The position numbers and the translations under genes were made by a program. The notes under the pieces were generated by a model. The model saw only the letters and a program-made list of their open reading frames with translations, was not told the origin of the DNA and ran no database searches. From Thermoanaerobaculia bacterium (GTDB lineage: Bacteria > Acidobacteriota > Thermoanaerobaculia > Multivoradales > JAGPDF01), in contig JAXLQW010000001.1 of the NCBI GenBank assembly GCA_046331385.1, forward strand, positions 196,167-260,166: 64,000 bases of DNA, read 5' to 3'. Shown here piece after piece: positions 30,397 to 41,282 of this stretch. Each line of letters begins with the position of its first letter. The first letter of the stretch is position 1.

Positions 30397-31043
30397 GCGC
30401 CGATCCGCGGGCCCTGAAGCTGCCGGGGGTGCAGGAGCATCCGAAGACGACCAAGCCGTACCGGATGGGGATCGCCGAGCGGCTCTACCTGCCGCTCCTG
30501 CCCGGCCTGTGGGTGACCATCCGCCACATGTTCGCCAACCTCCTGCGCACCCGCAAGCGGGTGACCATCCAGTACCCGGAGGAGCGCCGGCAGTACAGCC
30601 ACCGCTACCGCGGCCACCACATCCTCACCACCCGGCCCGACGGCTCGGTGCGCTGCGTCGCCTGTTTCCTCTGCGCCACGGCCTGTCCGGCCGACTGCAT
30701 CCACATCGAGGCCGGCGAGCACCCGGACGTCAACATCGAGAAGTACCCGGTGGTCTACGAGATCGACATGCTGCGCTGCGTTTTCTGCGGCTACTGCGTC
30801 GACGCCTGCCCGGAAGAGGCGATCATCATGTCGAACAACTACGACATGGCTTTCTACAGCCGCGACCAATCGGTGGTCGGCAAGGCCGACCTGATGAAGC
30901 CCTTCACCCTCGACGAGAATCGCCTCGGCTATCGCCCGCGCTTTCCGGAGGAGGAGGCGATGCGCGCCCGCATGCGCCGCGACGCCTTCGACCTGGTCGC
31001 CGCGGCGAAGCAGAAGTCCGTCGCGGCCGTCGCCGGCCGCTGA
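30393..31043 (+). CDS. nuoI: NADH-quinone oxidoreductase subunit I (2×[4Fe-4S] ferredoxin)
   Basis: CVACFLCATACP and CVFCGYCVDACP motifs. ATGA overlap with nuoCD. Confidence 0.9.
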   Translation: MSADPRALKLPGVQEHPKTTKPYRMGIAERLYLPLLPGLWVTIRHMFANLLRTRKRVTIQYPEERRQYSHRYRGHHILTTRPDGSVRCVACFLCATACPADCIHIEAGEHPDVNIEKYPVVYEIDMLRCVFCGYCVDACPEEAIIMSNNYDMAFYSRDQSVVGKADLMKPFTLDENRLGYRPRFPEEEAMRARMRRDAFDLVAAAKQKSVAAVAGR

Positions 31044-31097
31044 TCGCGGCCGCGGAGCTCGAGGTCGCCAGCAGTCCCCGCCTACCCCGGAGGAGAG

Positions 31098-32903
31098 ATG
31101 GAGCGCACCGCCGTCGTCGCCTGGTTGATCGCCCACTGGTGGGTGGTCGCGATCGCCCTGTTCCTCCTCGCCTACAAGCTGACCTTCCGGCTGTTCGGCA
31201 TCGTCATCGTGCCGGACGATTCGATCGGCGTGATCAACAAGAAGTGGGTCCTCCTCGGGGCGAACCGCTCATTGCCCGAAGGGGCGATCGTCGCCCTGAA
31301 GGGCGAGGCGGGAATTCAGGCGGACACCCTCGCTCCCGGCCTCCATTTCTGGCTCTGGCCCTGGCAATTCGCCGTCGCGCTGCAGAAGTTCATCACCATC
31401 CCGACCGGCGGCATCGGCGTGGTCAGCGCGCGCGACGGCGAACGCCTAAGCGAAGGCCGGGTGCTGGCGCGCCGGGTGGAGTGTTCGAACTTCCAGAACG
31501 CGCGCGCCTTCCTGACCCACGGCGGCCAGCGCGGACCGCAGATGGCGGTCATCCCTCCCGGGACCTACCGCATCAACACCGCGCTGTTCTCGATCGACCT
31601 ACAGAAGGCGCTCGAGATCGCCGACAACATGGTGGGGATCGTGACCACCAAGGACGGCGCGCCGCTCTCCCCGGGCGAGATCGCCGGGCGCGAGGTGCGG
31701 GGGCACAGCCAGTTCCAGGACGCCCAGAGCTTCATCGACGCCGGCGGCAGCAAGGGGCTGCAGGAGCAGGTCATCCTCGCCGGCCGCTACTACCTGAATC
31801 CGCAGTTCGCCACCGTCGAGACGGTCGAGATGACGCGCGTGCCGATCGGTTACGCGGGAGTGGTCATCGCCTACGTCGGCGACGAAGGCACCGACGTCAC
31901 GGGCGAAGGATTCAAGCACGGCAACCTGGTGAAGAAAGGTCAGAAGGGGGTCTGGGTGGAGCCGCTCGACCCGGGAAAATATCCGCTGAACACGATCACC
32001 CACAAGGTCGAGCTGGTGCCGACGACGAACGTCGTCCTGAACTGGGCGACCGGCAAGACCGAGAGCCACAAGCTCGACGAGAAGCTGTCGACGATCAAGG
32101 TGCGCTCGGCCGACGGCTTCACCTTCAATCTCGACGTCTCGCAGATCATCCACGTGCCCCGCACCTCGGCGCCGAAGGTGATCGCGCGCTTCGGCAACAT
32201 GGACAATCTCGTCACCCAGGTGCTCGAGCCGACGATCGGCAACTACTTCCGCAACTCGGCGCAGGAGTCGGACGTCATCAGCTTCCTCAAGGAGCGTTCG
32301 CAGCGCCAGGGGAGCGCCAAGCAGTACATCCACGAAGCGCTCGACGAGTACGACGTGCAGGCGGTCGACACGCTGATCGGCGACATCGTGCCCCCCGAGC
32401 AGCTGATGAAGACGCTCACCGACCGCAAGCTCGCCGAGCAGGAGCGCACGACCTACGACATCCAGCGCCAGGCGGAGGAGGTGCGGCGCGAGCTCCAGCA
32501 GGCGAGAGCCGCCGCCGAGACCCAACCCGAGATCGTGGCGGCCGAGCGCCGCGTGCAGGTCGCCGAGCTCGACGCCCAGTCGCTGGTCAAGAAAGCGACC
32601 GGCGAGGCGGAATCGAAGACCATCAACGCCCGCGCCGACGCGCAAGTGCTCACCGTGGTGGGCAAGGCCGAGGGTGAGAAGATCACCGCCGTCGGCAGCG
32701 CCGAGGCCGAGGTCATCCGCCGCAAGACCGAGGCGGTGGGGCAGAACAACTACGCGGTCATCGAGGTGGGCCGCGCGCTCGCCGCCAACAAGATCCCCCT
32801 GGTGCCGCAGATCCAGGCCGGCGGCGGCGAGGAGGGAGGCGGTTCGCTGGTGAGCGTCCTGCTCGCCAACCTGATCCGCGACGGCCTGAAGCCTCCGCCG
32901 TGA
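31098..32903 (+). CDS. SPFH/band-7 (flotillin-like) membrane protein
   Basis: N-terminal TM anchor, an SPFH domain, and a long coiled-coil/EA-repeat C-terminus. 601 aa. Confidence 0.75.
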   Translation: MERTAVVAWLIAHWWVVAIALFLLAYKLTFRLFGIVIVPDDSIGVINKKWVLLGANRSLPEGAIVALKGEAGIQADTLAPGLHFWLWPWQFAVALQKFITIPTGGIGVVSARDGERLSEGRVLARRVECSNFQNARAFLTHGGQRGPQMAVIPPGTYRINTALFSIDLQKALEIADNMVGIVTTKDGAPLSPGEIAGREVRGHSQFQDAQSFIDAGGSKGLQEQVILAGRYYLNPQFATVETVEMTRVPIGYAGVVIAYVGDEGTDVTGEGFKHGNLVKKGQKGVWVEPLDPGKYPLNTITHKVELVPTTNVVLNWATGKTESHKLDEKLSTIKVRSADGFTFNLDVSQIIHVPRTSAPKVIARFGNMDNLVTQVLEPTIGNYFRNSAQESDVISFLKERSQRQGSAKQYIHEALDEYDVQAVDTLIGDIVPPEQLMKTLTDRKLAEQERTTYDIQRQAEEVRRELQQARAAAETQPEIVAAERRVQVAELDAQSLVKKATGEAESKTINARADAQVLTVVGKAEGEKITAVGSAEAEVIRRKTEAVGQNNYAVIEVGRALAANKIPLVPQIQAGGGEEGGGSLVSVLLANLIRDGLKPPP

Positions 32904-33766
32904 AGCGCAGAACCAAGATCGCGATCGGCGTGGGCGGGCTCGTCGTGGTGGCCGGCGTCGGTGCCTGCGCGACGTTGGAGCCCTTCCCGCCGGCGGTCGA
33001 CACGCCGGAGATGCGCGCCCACGGCGTCGCCAGCCGGTTCTTCGACACCCCGGTCGGCAGGATCCACGTCGCCGAGGCTGGGGAGCGCGCGACGGGAGCG
33101 CCGCGGGTGCTCTTCGTGCACGGTTCGCCGGGAACCTGGGAGGCCTGGCGGCCGTGGATGGAGGACGCCGCGCTCGGCGGGCAGGCCCGCTTGCTGGCGG
33201 TCGATCGGCCGGGCTACGGCGGATCCGAGCGCGGCCACGCGGAGCCGGCGCTCGCGCGTCAGGTGGCGGCGCTCGCCGCGGTGCTCGAAGCCGAGCCCGG
33301 TCCGCCGGCGGTGGTCGTCGGTCACAGCCTGGGCGGGCCGATCGCCGCCCGCCTGGCGATGGACCGGCCGGACCTGGTGTCGGGCCTGCTGATGATCGCG
33401 CCGTCGATCGATCCCGACCTCGAGCGCCACCGCTGGTACAACGTGGCCGGCTCCACCATGATGGTGCAGTGGTTCCTGCCGGTCGACTGGATCGTCTCCA
33501 ACCGCGAGCTCTGGCCGCTGCGCGCCGAGCTGCGCCAGATGCTGCCGGGCTGGAAGGACCTGCGCTGCCGGACGATCGTCATCCAGGGGACCGCCGACGA
33601 TCTGGTGCCCCCCGCCAACGCCGACTTCGCCGAGCGCCTCGTGCCGAAGGAGCGCCTGGAGGTCCGGCGCTTCGACAAGATCGGCCACTTCATCCTCTGG
33701 CAGCGCCCGGAGCTGGTGCGCCAGGCGATCGAAGAGCTCCTCCTCGGCGCCCCGGCGGCGACCTGA
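32900..33766 (+). CDS. Alpha/beta-hydrolase fold lipoprotein
   Basis: Lipoprotein signal (…VAGVGAC), an HGSPG… oxyanion region, and a nucleophile elbow GHSLGG. GTGA overlap with the upstream gene. Confidence 0.7.
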   Translation: MKRRTKIAIGVGGLVVVAGVGACATLEPFPPAVDTPEMRAHGVASRFFDTPVGRIHVAEAGERATGAPRVLFVHGSPGTWEAWRPWMEDAALGGQARLLAVDRPGYGGSERGHAEPALARQVAALAAVLEAEPGPPAVVVGHSLGGPIAARLAMDRPDLVSGLLMIAPSIDPDLERHRWYNVAGSTMMVQWFLPVDWIVSNRELWPLRAELRQMLPGWKDLRCRTIVIQGTADDLVPPANADFAERLVPKERLEVRRFDKIGHFILWQRPELVRQAIEELLLGAPAAT

Positions 33767-33893
33767 GCCCTCCCGCCCTTCCGGCCCCACCCCGTCGGCC
33801 GGCCAAGGGCGCCGAGCGCCTCTGGTACCATCGTTAGCCTCTGCCGGCCCCGCGGCGTCGAGCGCGCGGGCGTGCGGCAGGAAGAGAGACCGC

Positions 33894-35768
<1,875 letters not shown>

Positions 35769-35770
35769 CC

Positions 35771-36805
35771 ATGGCCGCGCCCGCCGCACCGCTCAGCAAG
35801 AAGGACTTCCAGACCGACCAGGAGGTCCGCTGGTGCCCCGGCTGCGGGGACTACGCCATCCTCTCGGCGGTGCAGTCGGTCTTCCCCGAGCTCGGCATTC
35901 CGCGCGAACGCTTCGTGGTGGTTTCGGGGATCGGCTGCTCCTCCCGCTTCCCGTACTACATGAACACGTTCGGCTTCCACACCATCCACGGCCGCGCGCC
36001 GGCGGTGGCGACCGGGCTCAAGATGACCCGCCCGGACCTCGAGGTCTGGATCGCCACCGGCGACGGCGATTCGCTGTCGATCGGCGGCAACCACCTGATC
36101 CACACCCTGCGGCGCAACGTCGGGGTCAAGATCCTGATGTTCAACAACCGGATCTACGGCCTGACCAAGGGGCAGTACTCGCCGACCTCCGAGTTCGGCA
36201 AGAAGACCAAGTCGAGCCCGTACGGCTCGGTCGACTATCCGTTCAACGCCCTGTCGGTGGCGATCGGCAGCGGCGCCACGTTCGTCGCGCGCTCGGTCGA
36301 CGTCTTCCAGCCCCACCTGCGGCAGGTGCTGCACGAGGCGGCCCGCCACTCGGGCAGCGCCTTCGTCGAGATCTACCAGAACTGCAACATCTTCAACGAT
36401 AGAGCCTTCGCCTACATGACCGAGAAGGAGTCGCGCGACGAGGCGATCGTCTACCTCGAGCACGGTAAGCCGCTCGTCTTCGGCCCGGGAAAGGACCGCG
36501 GCATCCGCCTGGCCGGCACCGAGCTCGAGGTGATCCGTTTCGCGGATGGCTTCGGCCCCGGCGACTGCTTGGTCTGGGACGAGACCCGGGCGAATCCGGC
36601 GATCGCCTTCATGGTGGCGCAGATGGGTCCGCCGCACTTCCCGACGCCGCTCGGTGTGCTGCGCAGCGTCGAGCAACCGACCTTCGAGGCGGGGGTGGTC
36701 GGCCAGATCCAGCACGAGATCGAGCGCCGGGGCGAGGGGAGCCTCGAGAAGCTGCTCGCCTCGGGCGACGTCTGGCGGGTGCACGAGGACGGCTCGATCT
36801 CCTGA
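35771..36805 (+). CDS. korB: 2-Oxoglutarate:ferredoxin oxidoreductase subunit beta (TPP-binding)
   Basis: …WCPGCGDY… Cys cluster and a TPP-binding GDGD…N motif. The start lies 2 bp after the korA stop. Confidence 0.85.
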   Translation: MAAPAAPLSKKDFQTDQEVRWCPGCGDYAILSAVQSVFPELGIPRERFVVVSGIGCSSRFPYYMNTFGFHTIHGRAPAVATGLKMTRPDLEVWIATGDGDSLSIGGNHLIHTLRRNVGVKILMFNNRIYGLTKGQYSPTSEFGKKTKSSPYGSVDYPFNALSVAIGSGATFVARSVDVFQPHLRQVLHEAARHSGSAFVEIYQNCNIFNDRAFAYMTEKESRDEAIVYLEHGKPLVFGPGKDRGIRLAGTELEVIRFADGFGPGDCLVWDETRANPAIAFMVAQMGPPHFPTPLGVLRSVEQPTFEAGVVGQIQHEIERRGEGSLEKLLASGDVWRVHEDGSIS

Positions 36806-36884
36806 GGCGGACCGAAAAACCCCCGATCCAGGTTAGAATTCCCCGATTTCTCACGATTTCGGCGGCCTTGAAGGGGGAAGCGGG

Positions 36885-37739
36885 ATGATTCGATTCGGTC
36901 ACAGGCGAGCAGGGATCTGCGCAGCGGCTCTCTGCCTCACCGCGGGCGCGGCTTTCGGGGCGCCTCCCGAGCGCAGCGCGCTGGCGTACTTTCTCGCCGG
37001 CGGCGGCGCGGGCAACGGCGCCCAGGCGCCGACCGCGCCGGGGACGCCGGGAACGCTCTGGGACAACGGCGCCTCGAACCTGGTCAACGCCCTGTCGTCC
37101 GAGCGCAGTACGCTGATCAGCGGCAGCGGCGGACCGGAGGGCGACGCGGCTTCGAACGTCGCCGACGACTTCTCGGTCGGCAGCCCGGTCGAGATCACCG
37201 AAATCCGCGCCTGTCTCTACCACGACGGCACCTCCGCCGAGGCCTACATCTACCAGGACGTCGGCGGAGCGCCGGGGCCCGCGGTGACTCAGCCGCTATG
37301 GGGTGGTCCGACGACGGTGAGCCTCGTCGCCTCCACCTTCACCGACAACACGGCGCGCTGCGCCAACGCTTTCGGCCTGCCGGGACGGGAGTGGGTCTTT
37401 CGTCCGGCCGACGTCGGGCTCTCGATCCAGCTCCCGCCGGGTACCTACTGGCTGGCGGTGGTCGGCGAAGGCGGCACGCGCTCCTTCTGGGGGACGTCGA
37501 GCCCCAGCCTGACGCTCGGCCAACCCGTCTGGGGTTCGGTGTTCTTCGGCGTGACCTACTGGACGTCGACCATCGGCCAGGCGAGCGACCAGCCGGGCTT
37601 CGCCTTCGACATCGACGGCGTGCCGCAGCGCGACTGGATCGAGGTGCCGGCGCTCGGACCCGCGGGCCTCGCGGTTCTCGCGCTCGCCCTGGCCGGCGCG
37701 GCGCTGCTCCTGTTCCGTCGCTCGGCGCACCGCGCCTGA
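36885..37739 (+). CDS. Secreted protein with a PEP-CTERM-like C-terminal sorting signal
   Basis: Signal peptide. The C-terminal …IEVPALGPAGLAVLALALAGAALLLFRRSAHRA has a VPx motif, a hydrophobic helix and an Arg cluster. Confidence 0.55.
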   Translation: MIRFGHRRAGICAAALCLTAGAAFGAPPERSALAYFLAGGGAGNGAQAPTAPGTPGTLWDNGASNLVNALSSERSTLISGSGGPEGDAASNVADDFSVGSPVEITEIRACLYHDGTSAEAYIYQDVGGAPGPAVTQPLWGGPTTVSLVASTFTDNTARCANAFGLPGREWVFRPADVGLSIQLPPGTYWLAVVGEGGTRSFWGTSSPSLTLGQPVWGSVFFGVTYWTSTIGQASDQPGFAFDIDGVPQRDWIEVPALGPAGLAVLALALAGAALLLFRRSAHRA

Positions 37740-37767
37740 GCCCGCCCCCAGCAACCGACTCTCCTCG

Positions 37768-39768
37768 ATGACCAGAATCGACGTGGCGGCGGGCCCCGAG
37801 CCCGCCGCCGCTCTCGGTGTCGTTCGCCGCGGGCGCAGCCACCGTTTCACGGTGCACGCGCGCGGCGGCCGTCCGCGCGTCCAAGCCTTCGCGCCCGGAG
37901 ATCCCCGGCCGCTCGCCACCGCGGCGCTCGAGCCGGTGCCCGACGCCGGTGACGGCGCGCTCTGGTCGGCGGAGGTCGCCGATCTGCCGGAGGTCTTCGA
38001 ATATGGCTTCCTGGTCGGGGAGCGCGAGAGTCTGCTGCTCGATCCGTTCGCTCGCGCGGTCACCGGCGGGGAGAGTTGGGGGGACCGCGCGCACGAGTCC
38101 CGCGGGCGCAGATTCCGAGCGCACCGCTCGCTCCATCTCGAGCTGCCGCCGGCCACCGCGGTAGCGCGGCCGGCGATCGACCCGGGAGCGCGGGCGATCT
38201 ACGAGCTGCACGTGCGGGGCTTCACCCGCCATCCCTCCTCGCGGGTCGCCCATCCGGGCACCTACGCCGGCGTGGCGGAGAAGATCCCGCACCTGCTGGC
38301 GCTCGGCGTCACCACGGTCGAGCTGCTGCCGGTCTTCGAGTACGACGAGACGGAGAACTGGCGGACGAATCCCGAGACCGGCGAGCGACTGCTCAACTTC
38401 TGGGGCTACGCCCCGATCTCCTTCTTCGCCCCCAAGGCCGGCTACGCCGCGTCGAGGGCCCCGGGCGCGGCGCTCGGCGAATTCCGCGCCCTGGTCGCCG
38501 AGCTCCACCGCGCCGGCCTCGAGGTGATCCTCGACGTGGTCTACAACCACACCGGGGAGTCGGCGCGCGCCGAGGGCGAACCGGTGGTCTCGTGGGCGGG
38601 CCTGGACCGCTCGGCTTACTACCTGCTCGATGCCGCGGGGCAGCCGATCGACGTCACCGGTTGCGGCAACACGATGAAGCTCGTCGATCCGGTCGTCGCG
38701 GCGCAGGTCCTCGCCAGCCTGCGCTTCTGGCGCCGCGAGATGGGGGTCGACGGCTTCCGTTTCGATCTCGCCGCGGCGTTCTATCGCGACGCCGAGGGGC
38801 GGCCGACGACGGCGTCGGCGCTCGTCGAGTCGATCGCCACCGACCCGGATCTGGCGGACGCGCTGCTCGTCGCCGAACCCTGGGACGTCAGCGGGCAGGA
38901 CCTCTCGGGACGGTTCCCCGCCCCCTGGCTCGAATGGAACGGGCGCTTCCGCGACACGACGCGGCGCGCGGTCGCGGGCGAGGTGGTCGCGGCGGCGGAG
39001 ATCGCGCGCGTGCTCGCCGGCAGCCCGGAGAAGTTCCGCCCGCCGCGCGGCCCCCGGCACGCGATCGACTTCGTCACCTGCCACGACGGCTTCACGCTCG
39101 CCGACCTGGTCGCCTACGAGAAGAAACGCAACCTCGCCAACGGCGAGCAGGAGCGCGACGGCAGCCGATGGAACTTCTCGTCCAACTCCGGCAGCGAGGG
39201 ACCGAGCGACGATCCGGCAGTGCTCGACCTGCGACGGCGGCAGAGACTCAATCTCCTGGCGCTCCTCTTCCTGGCACGCGGTACGCCGTTGCTCCTCGGC
39301 GGCGACGAGCTCGGGCGCACGCAGCGCGGCAACAACAATGCCTGGTGCCAGGACAACGAGATCGGCTGGCTCGCCTGGCCGGACGAGGGAGAGGCGGGCG
39401 AGCTGGCGGTGGAGATCTCCGGCCTCGCGCGCCTGCGCCGTGAGCTCTACGCCGGGGAGCTCGACTGGAAGGTGGCGCGGATCTCGCCCCTCGACGCCGG
39501 CGACGGCGAGCCGACGGCGTTCGTCTGGACCGCGCGCCGGGAAGATCGAGCGCGTGCCCTGCTGCTCGCGGCCAACTTCGGAAAGGAAGAGCTGGTCGCG
39601 CCGCTACCTCGACCTCCGGCCACCAAGCCCTGGCAACTGCGGGTCGACACCACGAGCGCGACTCCCGTGCCCGCCGCCGAAGACTCGCCTGCGCTCGCCG
39701 AAGAGACCTCCGAAATTCGCCTCCCACCCCGCAGCGTCCGCGCCTGGATCGCCAGCGCCGGCCACTGA
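37768..39768 (+). CDS. glgX: Glycogen debranching enzyme GlgX (GH13 isoamylase-type)
   Basis: …GFRFDLA…, …EPWD…, …HDGFTL… are conserved GH13 regions. 666 aa. Confidence 0.85.
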   Translation: MTRIDVAAGPEPAAALGVVRRGRSHRFTVHARGGRPRVQAFAPGDPRPLATAALEPVPDAGDGALWSAEVADLPEVFEYGFLVGERESLLLDPFARAVTGGESWGDRAHESRGRRFRAHRSLHLELPPATAVARPAIDPGARAIYELHVRGFTRHPSSRVAHPGTYAGVAEKIPHLLALGVTTVELLPVFEYDETENWRTNPETGERLLNFWGYAPISFFAPKAGYAASRAPGAALGEFRALVAELHRAGLEVILDVVYNHTGESARAEGEPVVSWAGLDRSAYYLLDAAGQPIDVTGCGNTMKLVDPVVAAQVLASLRFWRREMGVDGFRFDLAAAFYRDAEGRPTTASALVESIATDPDLADALLVAEPWDVSGQDLSGRFPAPWLEWNGRFRDTTRRAVAGEVVAAAEIARVLAGSPEKFRPPRGPRHAIDFVTCHDGFTLADLVAYEKKRNLANGEQERDGSRWNFSSNSGSEGPSDDPAVLDLRRRQRLNLLALLFLARGTPLLLGGDELGRTQRGNNNAWCQDNEIGWLAWPDEGEAGELAVEISGLARLRRELYAGELDWKVARISPLDAGDGEPTAFVWTARREDRARALLLAANFGKEELVAPLPRPPATKPWQLRVDTTSATPVPAAEDSPALAEETSEIRLPPRSVRAWIASAGH

Positions 39769-39781
39769 CCGGAGCCATCCT

Positions 39782-39992
39782 GCGAAGAAAAGCTCAGCGA
39801 AGGGAAAAGGACGCCAGCCCTACCGCCTTCGCCCAGTCGAGCCGCTCGCCAGTGTACGAGGGCGGTGGAGGAGCCCACACTCCCTAGTCGAACGCCTGGG
39901 TTCACTGCGTCCGAGTCGCCGCGCCTCGCGAAGAGAGCTCAGGAGGGCAGGAAAGAAGAGAGCTTTTCTTCTTTTCTTGCGTCTTCCTGTCG
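39782..39992. repeat. Single copy of a related intergenic element, flanked by GA-rich motifs and a CT-rich tract
   Basis: 39817-39925 matches the reverse complement of the 58069-58250 units (cttcgcccagtcgagccg(c/a)tcgcc…acgagggcg…actccctagt…gtccgag). A GA-rich motif gcgaaga(a/g)a(a)gctcag…ggaaa(a)g occurs twice (39782, 39928), followed by ttttcttcttttctt. Confidence 0.7.
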
Positions 39993-39999
39993 AGCGTTG

Positions 40000-41220
40000 C
40001 TACGTGGCGCGCACTTTCACCGTGCGGCCGACGTGGTCGAGCATCTGGCGCAGGGTGTCGTAGTCGGGGTGTTTCATGCGGATCCAGGCGTTGGCCATGT
40101 AGCCGCCCTCGACGCCGCCGGTGGGGCTGCCGGCCGGCGGGATGTGGGTGTCGATGATCCACTCCCCGTACGAGCGCTGGATCGCGTCGAGTCCCTCGTA
40201 GTGCGAGACCCGGCCGTCGCGATCGGGGCGCAGGGCGATCATCCCCGCGGCGTACCGCCGCGACAGCGTCTGCGAGGGGCGGCCGGCGACGATCGCCGAG
40301 GCCCACTCGCGGTAGATGTCGAAGTCGTTGGCGGCGGCGTACAGATCCCACACCCCGACTCCCGGCGGGCGGCAGCCGATCTCCGAGAACTTCAGCCCCT
40401 TCGCGCCGAAGAACCACTCCATGTGCGTCGCCGAGGTGCCGATGCCGAGCGCGTCGACCACCTTCTGGCCGAGCGTCCGCAGCTCGGAATAGCCCGCCGC
40501 GTCCACCCGGTTGGTGGTGACGATCTGTGGCGAGATCCAGCGCGTGCGCATCGCCTCGAGGACGTTCGGGTAGTAGTGCGAGATGAAGTGGTGCACGATC
40601 CGGCCGCCGATCGTCAGCGTGTCGAAGAACCCCTCGTGCCCTTCGATGAACTCCTCGGCGGCGACCGAGTGGCCACGATCGAGGCCCATCTCGACCGCGG
40701 CGCTCTCGAGCTCGCGCTCGTTGTCGATCCGCCGCGTGCCCGAGGCGCCGGCGCCGCTGCGCGGCTTGAGGATGATCGGATACCCGATCTCGGCGGCGAA
40801 GGCACGCAGCTCCTGCGGATGCGACACGCCGCGCGACTGGGCGCAGGGGATGCCGGCCTCGCGCAGGACCTCCTTCATCGCCGGCTTGTCGCGACACAGG
40901 TAGGCGGTGCGCGTCGAGGTGCCGGGGATGCCGGTCGCCTCGCGCACGTTGGCCGCCGCCATGATGTGCGCCTCGACCGTGGCCTCCAGCCGATCCACCC
41001 ACTCGCGCCGCTGCACCCGGCGCACCGCGTCGGCGAGCGCGCCCTCGTCGACCACCGAGCGCACCTGCTCGTAGCCCCGCAGCCAGCCCTTGAGCTCGCC
41101 GTCGAGCGCCTCGATCGGCGCCTCGCCGATGCCGGTGACTCGCGCTCCGACCTCCGCCAGACCGCGCACGAACTGGCGCTGGTTGAACGGGAACTTCGGC
41201 TCCACGAACAGGACGTGCAT
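40000..41220 (-). CDS. ATP-grasp domain ligase
   Basis: 406 aa with …YPIILKPRSGAGASG… and …EEFIEGHEG… ATP-grasp motifs. Confidence 0.75.
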   Translation of the reverse strand: MHVLFVEPKFPFNQRQFVRGLAEVGARVTGIGEAPIEALDGELKGWLRGYEQVRSVVDEGALADAVRRVQRREWVDRLEATVEAHIMAAANVREATGIPGTSTRTAYLCRDKPAMKEVLREAGIPCAQSRGVSHPQELRAFAAEIGYPIILKPRSGAGASGTRRIDNERELESAAVEMGLDRGHSVAAEEFIEGHEGFFDTLTIGGRIVHHFISHYYPNVLEAMRTRWISPQIVTTNRVDAAGYSELRTLGQKVVDALGIGTSATHMEWFFGAKGLKFSEIGCRPPGVGVWDLYAAANDFDIYREWASAIVAGRPSQTLSRRYAAGMIALRPDRDGRVSHYEGLDAIQRSYGEWIIDTHIPPAGSPTGGVEGGYMANAWIRMKHPDYDTLRQMLDHVGRTVKVRAT

Positions 41221-41282
41221 GAGAGCGACTCCTCGCGACCGCGCGTTGGTCCGACCTGGGGCGACTGTTAGGATTCTAGCCG

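Noticed and set aside
28203-31043. nuoB–nuoCD–nuoI interpreted as a [NiFe] hydrogenase small/large subunit pair
   Set aside because: No adjacent membrane (NuoH/L-like) or maturation (hyp) genes. NuoB has the N2-type Cys pattern. Without alignment I cannot confirm the NiFe cysteines in the NuoD part, so I kept the complex I annotation.
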